Below are positions 1 through 10,900 of a stretch of 64,000 nt of DNA, piece after piece. Each line of letters opens with the position of its first letter. Positions within the stretch are counted from its first letter, which is position 1. The notes beneath the pieces are model-generated. The model saw only the letters and a list, made by a program, of their open reading frames with translations. It was not told the origin of the DNA and ran no database searches. The stretch covers positions 62,001 through 126,000 of the forward strand of contig JAKMXF010000299.1 in assembly GCA_024704765.1 (NCBI GenBank), in the 5' to 3' direction. The position numbers and the translations under genes are program-made. The stretch comes from Oopsacas minuta. Lineage: Eukaryota; Animalia; Porifera.

Positions 1-2049
1 TTGTCTGTGGTACAAACCCTCTCTTCTCTATCCCTTCAAGCCAAATTCCAGTGCTACGTTCCATCTGTAGAGCGACAATCTGGCTCTCCTCACTCCAACC
101 TCATAAACTCAGTATATGATGATTTTATGCCCCAACTTAATTTGGAGAGTTCTCATAACACTTCTATGTTACCTACTAAATGTCAGTCATCAGACCTTTC
201 ATTGAGACGAGCACACTCCTCCAAAACCTCCAATGAAACTATGCCATTCTTGCTATCACAACAGATGATTGGTCTACCATTTGAAAAGCTGTCACTCATC
301 GATCCTGTCAATCAGACGTCCAATAACATACTACCTACTCCATCTTCTGAGGCAGTAGAGACTACTGGAGAGCTCATACACCCCCTAGGCAGTACTGAGC
401 AATCTCTTCTCCGTCCTATACCCCAATATCCTGTGTTAGACCAGAATACAGATGGTGATGCTTTAGAATTGGATGATATATTTTTAACGAATATTTCTAA
501 TGATGAAGTTCCTATAACTTCTCCTCCAAAGCTAGAAACCGTCGTGAGAGATCTAATAACCACATCCCCAGATCTTCCTTCCTCCTCTCCATCTCCTCCC
601 CCAGACTTACTTCTCTCAATCATTCAATCAGAGCTAGAGTCTCTCCCTCATGATTCCACCCCTCAGACAGATAGACCCTTCATATCCTTGTCTCTCCATC
701 TACTTACCTCCATGCCTGACGATAGAAACGTGTTATTATCATGTGGTCTACTACTCGCTCTCTTTTCTAACAAAGCCATTGACCCTAACAGACTCGCATC
801 TCTGGTACCTACCCCAGGAGATCTCAGTCTCTCATTCCCTCTGATTGATATTATCCTCAATGCTATAGAAAACATATTCCACTCAGATAACTGTAGTCGT
901 CTCTTAACACTTGAGCTTCTAATACACCTGTATTCTCAGTTACGCACTAAGTACACTTTCAATCTCAGTGATCATCAAATAGCTAGACTGGAGTCCATCA
1001 AGGAGGCCAGCATTTCACAGCTAAGACTCTGCTACTCAGGTCCTCATGACGTCATGTTTGCTGATACACTAGATCTAGAGTTCACAGACGTGCTAGCTAA
1101 CAAGATTCGAATAATGCGAGTTCTCAATGACCCCAGTATACTCCTCCCTCCTTGTCCCACCCCTCTATCTGGTGTTGAGCTTAGCAAACGTCTGCCATGT
1201 GGTGAGAATGAAATGTGTCGTAGTAAGATACGTACCTTCTGTCTAATCAGGAGGTTGTACAGCTCCTCTCTCAATATAGAGGAGGACATGCTCCCCTTGA
1301 TACCTACATCTACCTCCGTCTCTGAGAAAGAGACCATAAACTTATCCAATTGTGAACTAGTATACTGCTTACTACCAACTAAATCAGGACAAATGCTTAA
1401 ACGATTCATTGGTATTCACAACGATGAGTTCGTATTAGTAGAAGCTAAACAGGAGCAGATAAGCAAGGGTGTAGTACACTACATAGCCTGTGTAAAACAC
1501 GTTACTCTAACATACGATAAAGAGGACAAGCTGCGTCTCGATCTACGCATTCACAAGCCTGGCAGAGCTACATCATACTTATCAACCTCTCTTGTGTTTC
1601 AAGATAGTATTAGATGTATGGCAGCTATGCAAGCTTTACATAGAGCTACTCAGAAGTTTAAATACGAATGTTCTGTATCTATATCTACACTTTTGAGCCT
1701 TCCTCCCCCCCCTCCCCAGGCTGATGCTTCCTCTCTCTCTGTTACACAGTCTATTATGCGGAATTTCAAGTCTCAAACAGTACCTCTGCTCGCTTCATCC
1801 TATCAAAGTAACAGGACCACAGTACAGAATACTCAATCACCTATACCAGCAGATGATGACTTTGTTCATGTGGACAGTTCTCAATTTATCTGCCCCCAAT
1901 CTCCCAGGTCTTCTAGCACAAGTGCCTTCCTACAGCCCGAGCAGATATTCGCACCATCTTCTTACCCCTCAAGTCAGACTTCTCCCAAGAAAAACCCAAA
2001 CGATATCGAGCTGTCCCATCTCCATCCTAAGCCTAACTCCCTCCTGTAA
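1..2049 (+). CDS. CLEC16A: CLEC16A/Ema/GOP-1 endolysosomal trafficking protein, 3' part (5' end lies outside the window)
   Basis: The ORF is open from base 1. LPCGENEMCRSKIRTFCLIRRL, LINLSNCELVYC-like and LRLDLRIHKP...FQDSIRCMAAMQAL match my recollection of the CLEC16A C-terminal domain (LPCGDVEKTRRAIRVFFMLRSL...FSDHIRC). Confidence 0.85.
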   Translation: MSVVQTLSSLSLQAKFQCYVPSVERQSGSPHSNLINSVYDDFMPQLNLESSHNTSMLPTKCQSSDLSLRRAHSSKTSNETMPFLLSQQMIGLPFEKLSLIDPVNQTSNNILPTPSSEAVETTGELIHPLGSTEQSLLRPIPQYPVLDQNTDGDALELDDIFLTNISNDEVPITSPPKLETVVRDLITTSPDLPSSSPSPPPDLLLSIIQSELESLPHDSTPQTDRPFISLSLHLLTSMPDDRNVLLSCGLLLALFSNKAIDPNRLASLVPTPGDLSLSFPLIDIILNAIENIFHSDNCSRLLTLELLIHLYSQLRTKYTFNLSDHQIARLESIKEASISQLRLCYSGPHDVMFADTLDLEFTDVLANKIRIMRVLNDPSILLPPCPTPLSGVELSKRLPCGENEMCRSKIRTFCLIRRLYSSSLNIEEDMLPLIPTSTSVSEKETINLSNCELVYCLLPTKSGQMLKRFIGIHNDEFVLVEAKQEQISKGVVHYIACVKHVTLTYDKEDKLRLDLRIHKPGRATSYLSTSLVFQDSIRCMAAMQALHRATQKFKYECSVSISTLLSLPPPPPQADASSLSVTQSIMRNFKSQTVPLLASSYQSNRTTVQNTQSPIPADDDFVHVDSSQFICPQSPRSSSTSAFLQPEQIFAPSSYPSSQTSPKKNPNDIELSHLHPKPNSLL

Positions 2050-2322
2050 CTAATCTTAGAATACTTGTTTTATATATGTTAGCACTAATATGTATATTAG
2101 TATTCATGTGAGTGATAGAAATACAAAACCATTTTATAATTTCCTGAGCACTGATCTACTAAGTTCATTATAGCAGTCATGTGGTTGTTTCTGGGAGCTC
2201 ATATGCTTACATGGGGAATTGTGAGCAATTGTTCCGCTCCCCTATTGATTAGTATGCACTACATTGTATTGGTATATCTGTACTCACCATCCCTGTAGAT
2301 AATTATTAATATAATTTGGGTA

Positions 2323-3330
2323 ATGTCTGGCAAAGAGACAGTAAAATGTGGATATCTCACTAAGTCTCCTCCTGACAATAAGAGTGCTTTCTACGGATGG
2401 AGGAAAAGATATTTTATTCTGATAGACTCGATACGAGCATTTCCCTTCGCTCCCAGACACATACGGATAGAATACTACCAAAATTACGAGGATAGTAAGC
2501 TGGGGAATCCTCTGGGTATGATTGAGCTTAACAATTGTAGCGGTGTTCTGAAGCGTGAGCAGATGAAAAGTCACAAACATGTGTTTGATATCGTTACGCC
2601 TACTCGTGTATTCCATTTAAGTGCAGAGTCTACTGAGGAGAGAGAAGAGTGGGTGAGTCTTCTCAACACGAATATATTCCAATACAACCATCTCGGACCT
2701 CCTCAAAATGACAAACCGAAATATGATCCGCATCGACATTCTACTAATTTCTCCCAAGAAACTGACTACAATCAGTCTCTGCTTACCTCACTAGGCAGAG
2801 ACAGTAACCATAAGATTAGAGGAGGACCTCGTGCTCAAAGTTTGAGAGATACTAAGTCTGAATCAATATCACCATTAAAATGTCAATTTATCCAAGAAGA
2901 TAAGCTCGTTCCTATATGTCCAGATCCTGATACTCATATCTCTAAAGACCTTAAGATAATCTCTGGTGCTCAGAAACCAGAATCTAATCAAGTGTTTAGT
3001 GATAATTTCTGTGAAAACGAAATATTGTCAGAGCAAGGGTTCACTTCAGTGCCAATACTGGAAGATTTGAACTCAGATTTGTTCTCATCTCTGCCAATTC
3101 AAAATGAATCTCCTTACATGAACGTGGGTCATAACTCTTCCTGCAAATCAGCTAATCCTACCTCTCCAATTATGCCTGCTCCTTATAAGAGGATCCCAGT
3201 ATCCGTTAGCATGCAGGCTTTCCCTCACTCAAAGTTTTCTGATGAACCAATCGAGTCAGAATACACCTGTATTGACCCAGGTAATATTGGTCAAGCCTTG
3301 GAAGAATATGCAAAAGTTAAGAAACATTGA
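2323..3330 (+). CDS. PH-domain docking/adaptor protein (GAB/DOK-like), intronless
   Basis: N-terminal PH domain (KCGYLTKSPP...WRKRYFIL...FDIVTPTRVFHLSAESTEEREEWVSLL), then a low-complexity tail with Tyr motifs YMNV, YTCI and YAKV. Confidence 0.75.
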   Translation: MSGKETVKCGYLTKSPPDNKSAFYGWRKRYFILIDSIRAFPFAPRHIRIEYYQNYEDSKLGNPLGMIELNNCSGVLKREQMKSHKHVFDIVTPTRVFHLSAESTEEREEWVSLLNTNIFQYNHLGPPQNDKPKYDPHRHSTNFSQETDYNQSLLTSLGRDSNHKIRGGPRAQSLRDTKSESISPLKCQFIQEDKLVPICPDPDTHISKDLKIISGAQKPESNQVFSDNFCENEILSEQGFTSVPILEDLNSDLFSSLPIQNESPYMNVGHNSSCKSANPTSPIMPAPYKRIPVSVSMQAFPHSKFSDEPIESEYTCIDPGNIGQALEEYAKVKKH

Positions 3331-3502
3331 TAATTGTATCTACCTTTTTTATTTATTGTAGAATGCGATTTTGCTCGATTTGTCTCCTTTTAGCATTCGT
3401 GTATATACTTTTATTAATAATAACAGATCCCTCACGTTATTTTAATTATTCAGCATACTTCCCCTTACATATTATTAATTAATATTTCAAAAGTTAGTGA
3501 GT

Positions 3503-4126
3503 ATGTCTGTATCTGATGAACATTGTGTACAAGGTGATCTTATGTGTGAACAACCGCAGAAACCAGATTTCCTAAGTAGCAGCTTGAATGCAGCTGGGGA
3601 GACATTTGTCCGACAGTTTACCAACAGTTTTACAACACACGATCTAGACAGTATTAACACTAACATCTTATCAATTATCCTTGTGATATCCTCTCTAATT
3701 CTCTTCTATATTTTACTGAAGTTCACTACTTACTATATCTCTCTTGGCTTTCTCTCCGCCGTAACTCTTCTACACTACTGGTTTGGGTCTAAATGGTGTC
3801 TTGACATGATGCTATCTAGAGTTTCTAACCTCTACACACTACTGGTGTTATCTGCTAGTTACCCTAAGGTATCAGCTGTAGTAGTATTAGGTAATATTGC
3901 ATTATTTGACTAGTATTAACTATATTGATATTAATCTGTTATAGGGGTAATAGCATTGAGTGTATGGCTCAGTCTACGTAACTACTGGCTTAAGAAGCAG
4001 AAAGAGAAACGAATAGAAGCTGAAAGGTTAAGAGAGGGGGAGAGAATGATTAGGATGGAAGATAAATTGGACAAATTATTGTATTTGTTCCAAGATGATA
4101 TGGATGCTAGAAGGGCTAATAGCTGA
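3503..4126 (+). CDS. Uncharacterised multi-pass membrane protein with C-terminal coiled coil (2 exons: 3503-3890, 3945-4126)
   Basis: Hydrophobic segments in ORF 3497-3913. A 54-nt GT-AG intron (3891-3944, phase 1) continues the frame into GVIALSVWLSLRNYWLKKQKEKRIEAERLRE...NS* (TGA 4124-4126). Confidence 0.6.
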
Positions 4127-4400
4127 GCTGAGAAGTTGGATAGAATATTTATTAATGACGTTTCCTGATCATAGATCCTTTACGTACTTCGAGCTAATTC
4201 CAATATTAATTTGACATTTAATTCGCCTATTGCTAGCATGTGAGTTAATCTATTGTGCTTCTAATATATGCTGGTCGAGTTCAATTTTCAGTATGTTGTA
4301 TCAGCTGTATAATTTGCTTACTTGTACTTTTTTGTATGTAATATTACGTATGTGTTTAATTCTGTCTCAATAATATTAAGTTCATTAGGGAATAGCATTA

Positions 4401-5999
4401 ATGTCACGAGAGAGTATTAACAATAGTGCTCTAGACTCTGCTACACATCTGGCTAGTGCTATGGTGCTGCTCTCTGTGTCTGTGAGAGCGGGTACTTTCC
4501 TTCTAAACGCTATACTCCTGCGGTTCATAACACCAGAGTTATTAGGCCTTGTTCAGGTTAGATTGTTACTTCTCCTCTACACGATACATACGGTATCTAA
4601 GGATCCATATCATAAGGTATTTCTTAATAAACAAGTATGGTCACGTCATTCTGTATCTCATGTAATTAGCTCTTTATGGAGTATCGTAGTTATTGGCATA
4701 TTCTTCTCTATCTTATTCTCGTTTATCTGGTCCTCTCCTCTCCTCATGGAACAACCTGATAGACGTGATTACTATCCAGCAGTGTTACTATATGGTCTAT
4801 CAGCTATTTGTATAGTTATGACAGAGCCTTTTGTTATTCTTGTAAGATATGGAGGGTATACGAGATTGGAAGTAACAGCAGAAGCAGTAGCCTTCCTCCT
4901 ACAGTGTATAATCACTATATTGTTTGTACTATCTTTCCCTGATTGGGGCCTCTTATCTTTCTCTATACCACAACTCATATACTCTCTCATAAAGATGATT
5001 TTATTCGTAGGATACTTCTCACAGATTCGCGATTTTTCACACCTCCCAGTAGACACATTCCGTGAGTGTTTTCCTCCTCTTCTCCCTCCCCTCTCCTTCC
5101 CTCTCCTCCAGGAGATACGTAGCTTCATAACATACACAGTTCTTAAACAGCTGTTAACTAATGGGGAGCAATACGTCATGACTATATTCGCTACTTTGAG
5201 TTTCGCACAACAAGGAATATTTTCAGTTGTACATAACCTAGGCTCCATGGCTGCTAGATTTATTTTCAAACCTTTAGAGGACAGTTTCGCGGTTTATTTC
5301 ACCAAATCCCTACCTCGCGGTAAGGACCCTCAGACAATTAATGGCCATGAGCTACTGACCTCTAAGGACATCCTCCTTAAACTGTTCCGCTTTGTAGTTA
5401 TAATTGGCTTAATATTCACTACATTTAGTCCTGCTTATTCGCATCTCTTACTGCATCTGTATGGCGGTAGAATGTTAAGTGATAGTGAAGCTCCTTTCTT
5501 ACTGAAATGCTACAGTGTGTATGTTTTGTTACTAGCTCTGAATGGTATATCTGAGTGCTTCTGCTTCTCAGTAATGGGACAGCAGCAGCTACATACATAC
5601 AACAGATACATGATAGTATACAGCATCATATATGTACTATTAGCTATATTATGCACCAATTCTATAGGTGTATTGGGAGTTCTTATGGCTAACTGTATCA
5701 ATATGATTGCTCGTGTGATGTATAGCTTCTTATTCATTGAGAATTACTTCAACAGATCTGGTACAGTTATAGGGAAGATATCTCCGTCACCTGTAGTACT
5801 TGTCTCGTTATTTTTCACCTTTATTATCACAAACTTCAGTCACCAGCAGTTCTTCTCTCTAGAACTTATTCCTCAGGTGTTACATGTCGCGATTGGAGGA
5901 GTTTGTCTCCTTGTGAATGCCGCAATTATATGCTTCTCAGACCCCTGGTACCTACAAATGATCAGATCCAAATTGTTTAGAAGAATTAGACAAAATTGA
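4401..5999 (+). CDS. RFT1: RFT1 (Man5GlcNAc2-PP-dolichol translocation protein), intronless
   Basis: 532-aa polytopic membrane protein with RFT1-type motifs: TFLLNAILLRF, KQLLTNGEQYVM, QQGIFSVVHNLGSMAARFIFKPLEDS, LALNGISECF. Confidence 0.9.
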   Translation: MSRESINNSALDSATHLASAMVLLSVSVRAGTFLLNAILLRFITPELLGLVQVRLLLLLYTIHTVSKDPYHKVFLNKQVWSRHSVSHVISSLWSIVVIGIFFSILFSFIWSSPLLMEQPDRRDYYPAVLLYGLSAICIVMTEPFVILVRYGGYTRLEVTAEAVAFLLQCIITILFVLSFPDWGLLSFSIPQLIYSLIKMILFVGYFSQIRDFSHLPVDTFRECFPPLLPPLSFPLLQEIRSFITYTVLKQLLTNGEQYVMTIFATLSFAQQGIFSVVHNLGSMAARFIFKPLEDSFAVYFTKSLPRGKDPQTINGHELLTSKDILLKLFRFVVIIGLIFTTFSPAYSHLLLHLYGGRMLSDSEAPFLLKCYSVYVLLLALNGISECFCFSVMGQQQLHTYNRYMIVYSIIYVLLAILCTNSIGVLGVLMANCINMIARVMYSFLFIENYFNRSGTVIGKISPSPVVLVSLFFTFIITNFSHQQFFSLELIPQVLHVAIGGVCLLVNAAIICFSDPWYLQMIRSKLFRRIRQN

Positions 6000-6088
6000 A
6001 TCAGTTACAATTTGTAATTTATTTTGCATAATATGTAACATGGATTATATAAGATTCTCTCTTACTTATTAGCTGTAGCACTAAGGAT

Positions 6089-7820
6089 ATGGAAGTACGA
6101 ATACTTGTCCTTATAATCCTGCTATACTGTCTATACTGTCTATACAGCACAACAGCTAAGCTAAGCTTTATACCAGTAGAAGATTTCTATGAGGAAGAGC
6201 TAGGTACAGATCTTAATATATCCTGTCTATATAATGGCGGTGTTGATAGCCGAGTGGATTGGATAGAAGGCAGTGTAGTTATTAGCAGCTATCATTTGAA
6301 CTTGATTAATATCTCTCTCGGTCATCACCTGATTTTATGTCGTTATACTCCTGATACAGGTAGTATACAGACTAAACAGCTGACAGTTAATATATATGGT
6401 ATGTTAATATGATAAAGTAATATCTTTGCTGTTATAACCATGTGTTCTTATAGTATCTACTCAGCTGGAATTATATCCTTCTCTCAGTAACTGCTCTTAC
6501 TCAACTCAACTAACTAATTCCACTCCTTATTACGTGTATTGTCTCGGCTATGGTAACCCATCTCCTGACTTGGAATGGAGAGAAGACTCTAACGCTATAT
6601 CCAGCATACAAGGTAGCAGTTTAAACCTACCTGAACAGAGCTATGATTCTATTGCTGCTATTGATTTAAAGCAGTTCTCCTCAGGACTACACCACCTGTC
6701 TTGTTACGGGTTTAACGGCTACATATCTCATGAGGTATTCCTCAATCTAACTGTTGATTGTAAGTTCAATTCTCTATCAATTTGTACATACGTATTATTA
6801 CTGAGTCTTGATAGCATCTAATCCTCTACTAATATTTCCTGATCATAACTCTACGCATAACAATACACTAGAGTACTTGCTTACAGACTCTTATACTGAT
6901 TTCTATATTAATTGCTCTCTCAAACTATTCTCTATCTCCCCGGATGATAACTGGGCTGGATTGACACCTGTATGGACACTCTTCAATGATTCTGACAAGC
7001 TGTCAAACCTGTCTAGTATCCTGTTATCAAACAATACGATAGGAGACATATGCTGTGTCTTACTTGCTAGAGATAACTTTACTATTATCCAGAAGGTCCA
7101 TGTATCATTTGTAAGTTAGTAGCAAGTTTATACACCCCTGATTTATACTTATATTGATTTAATATTAATATTCTGTAGACACTCAAACTCCTAGCCTCGC
7201 GACTAGTAGCACCTATCCTACATCTTCTACACACTCTACAACTCTAGCATCTACTACTAACTATACTGTTAATACAACTACTACAGGTGTTACATTTCGC
7301 AGTACTCCCATGACATCTACATCTACTATCCCTCTAACTACAGTGTCAGCATCCGATAATTCAATACAGCTGTCTTCTCTAGTATTAGGTAAGTATACCA
7401 TAATATCCATGGTACTATTAGTATATTATTATAATACCCCCTGTAGCAGTCATAATAGCAGTACTCTTCACTCTCCTGTGTATATCAGTGCTGATCCTCC
7501 TCTCTCTATCTCTACTACTGGTGTATAACTTTGTTTCTAAGAGGACTCGTATAAGACGTAAGAAGAGGTGTTCTAGAGTAATGTACTTAGATGTTATGAA
7601 TGATTCCTACCCGTTACCTCTACAGCGTAGAGACTCTAATCAATATTCAGGAAATACTCTACCTGATAATGACACCTCAGGGGGTGTTACAAGGGGCCTA
7701 GGGGTGAGGGTACCTATTTATGAGAGGATACCTGATCATGTAATACCATCAGAATCAGCTGATATTGTAGTCCATAACGTAACACCTCCTAATATACCAC
7801 AGACTCGTGACGTAGTCTAG
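6089..7820 (+). CDS. Type I membrane receptor: signal peptide, Ig-like domains, Ser/Thr stalk, TM, Tyr-motif tail (5 exons: 6089-6398, 6454-6759, 6815-7114, 7179-7388, 7447-7820)
   Basis: Ig-type Cys/Trp patterns (LNISCLY...VDW...ILCRY; YCLGYGNPSPDLEW...LSCYGFN). Four phase-1 GT-AG introns keep one frame. TM AVIIAVLFTLLCISVLILLSLSLLLV is followed by a basic stop-transfer stretch and VMYLDV / IYERI motifs. Confidence 0.75.
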
Positions 7821-7953
7821 CTGTATATATTTGTAATTTTAACATGACTCAACTTTTAATGTATATTTCTTTGTCATTTTGTATAATAACAGTGCTTTTA
7901 ATACGTCACAACTATATGAAAATTATTATGCTAAATTTCGCGAGTGAATATAG

Positions 7954-10900
7954 ATGGCTAGAGCACAAGCTTCTAAGCTACTAGATCAGCTGATGGGACA
8001 TAACAGAGACGGAGAGGATAAGCTAGTAGTGAACTTTACAGATCAGACTGTGTGTCGACCCTTCTTATTCGGGATATGTCCTAACGAAATGTTCCTCAAC
8101 ACTAAAATGGATATGGGTGAGTGTGTTAAGATGCATAATATGGCTTTAAAATCGGAGTTTGAGAAAGCATCTGAGACTGAGGATTACGAATTTGAAGAGG
8201 AAGTACTCAACTATCTACAGGAAATAATAAGAGATGTAGATCACAAGATTAAGCAAGCTAAAGATGCGTTAGAAGAACAAGAAGAGTCAGCAGAAGCTGA
8301 GCAGAAAGCTCAGAAGATACATTATCTAGGTTTGTTATATTATTCTATATTTATTATTTAATTATTGATGTTATCTGCCAGATTATTAGCGTATTGGTTA
8401 TATTATATCACATACCCTAGTATATATGGCTACAGTTATTAAGTATAATAGGAGGTGTCTTATTGGATAACTGATTAACATTTGGCTGTTTAACCACTAG
8501 CTATATAAGGAATGGCCAGAACAGAACCTTGTTTATTCTCCTGTCTGGATTGTCTCCAGCAGATCTCAGATATCACTCATAAAGGAAATAATGAACACAA
8601 ACTCCACATATCAGTGAAATCTTCTGTAGAGACAGGAGTTTATAGTTGTAGAATCCGTTTTAGGAGAACAGAAATAGAAACTCATGGTATAGTAGCTGAT
8701 ACTGAGAGAGAAGCTAAGGAATTATTTGCTGAAGAAGTATGGAGACAGATGTTTAGAAATATGGGAGAGCTTCGTAAGCAGATAGCTAAGTGTGTCAATT
8801 TCTATAAAGAGAAATTCTTGATAACTAATAAAATTACTCACATTTCTATCATCAAAACGGATGGATTTTTTGAGAAAACTCTCACAGTTAGTACTGACAT
8901 ATTTATGAGTCGTCCTGAGACGTTTACAGCAGTTGGTAGAGCTCAAGAAAAGAAGCTCTCTCTTCTCTTAGGTGAGATTAGCCTTCTATTTCAGCTGAAT
9001 GAGTACTTCATGTTTGAATCTTTGGTACGGTGGAATAAGCATTCAGGAATATGTGAATTTAGCTGTAAGGGATATTTAGATGCAGTTGTACAAGCTTCAG
9101 ACTTTCTAGACAAGTTTCCTTGTATTCGTGAGAATATATTCGAAATCCCAGGTCATATTGTATGCAGAATCTGCAGATCTAATTTCCGTAGCTCACAATA
9201 TGCTTTACATCATCACAGCAAGGAACGTGTTAAACTGAATCAGATTCACACTTGTATTGGAATAAATGATGCCAATTTAGCTACAGTTGTCAATACTAAC
9301 CTTACTGCTATCTATAAGTCACAATATGTAATAGCAGAATTCGTTTCTGAACACAAATCTACTGTATTTGATTCTGCACTTAACGCTTTAATTAAACAGA
9401 TCCCAGACGTTAAACTAACTCTATTCGGTCAGTCAGAGGAGGGAATGGGTCAATCATACTACATACTGAAATTCAATGTTAGCAGTACTCTATTGCGAGG
9501 TGAACAGCTGTTACTAGCTATGTCTCGTGCTTTCTCTGCTACTGAAGAATTCCAGTACAATATACAGGATTTTACAGATGCTAATCCTAATGTTAAATCC
9601 TCGCATTATTCTACAGGACTAGACTGTATATTTCATGTAAGAAACGAGCAATCTGTAGAGCTAAGCAAATTCATTAGGAGTTGTGGTGAGCTTAGCCCTG
9701 AACTTAGAACTCTATGTACTCTCTTCAACTTCTGGAGTTCTCACTGTATGCTGGATCAATCAGAGTCTGGATATCTGTATCAAGAGGTTTTCACGTTAAT
9801 GGTAGTACACTTCTTACAGCATGTGGTTACTCCCCCTAGATTCCCTAACCTACAGCTAGACAAATACATGCTTAAAGATATTCTACAGAGATCTGAGGAA
9901 GGAGGTTCTTTTGAGATGTTTGATTCACAACTGAAGTTACTATTTGGTAGCGCTAAAGAGGATATGGGTAACCTACCCTGTTATCCTTTATGGAAACTAT
10001 GGTTATTAATGCTTCAGTTCTTCTGGGTAGACTTCAATTATTTTCATAAGATATCTCTACAGTTACAGGCTGGAGGAGATGGCACACTACTCCCTCAAGT
10101 AAGAGATGATCTAGACAAGGACTATATGCGTCTAGTTGTATTAAGTCCTCTTAAACAGAGCAATCTAGCTTTCTCTATGAAGACAAATTATGCTGTTCAT
10201 TACTTTTCTGATTGTTTCAAAGATACACTAGATTACTATCGTAAAAGAGCTCTCACTGCTAGCGTCAAACCTACACAATACGACTATCCCATACGTGTTG
10301 ATGCTATGAGCAGAGATACACAGATATATAGAAATATAGGAGAGCGTGGAATAGAGCAATCTCCTGATCTCTCAATAGACATTAGCATTAACTTAGCTAG
10401 TAATGAAGTACTAGAAGCTACCGCTACTACAATAGACACGTCAAGTGAAGTGACAGCTGCTTCTGAAGACCTGTCATTGCTGTCAGAGAAAGAGTTAATC
10501 AAGCAGGATAACTCCTCAGAAGATTCAGATCCTAATTCCGGAGAGGAAGGTCTTCACCCTGTTAAAGCATCTAGTCCTGATGCAGACGAGTTTGTTATAT
10601 TCTCAGATGACGTCACAAGTCCAGCAAGCACTATACCTCTATCTCTCCTTACATCTGTGAGATATGTCATACACGGGGACAGTATAGAACAAGAAGAAGA
10701 GGTAGTACCATATATGGAATTATCTGACGAGGTTATGGAATCAGAGAATAAGAAGAATAACTTTGTAAAGTCTCAATTCATCCATATTTGCGGGTTCTGT
10801 AGAGAAAAGGGTCATACCAAGACAGAGTGTCCTAAAGAAGCTCTCCCTAAAGTTAAACTCGTCTCTAAACCAAGTGCTGACATCACGAGGGGTCTAAATA

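Noticed and set aside
312-2616. Overlapping short ORFs (312-623, 663-875, 1044-1409, 1724-2053, 2284-2616)
   Set aside because: Antisense or alternate-frame shadows of CLEC16A and the PH gene, with no recognisable domain.
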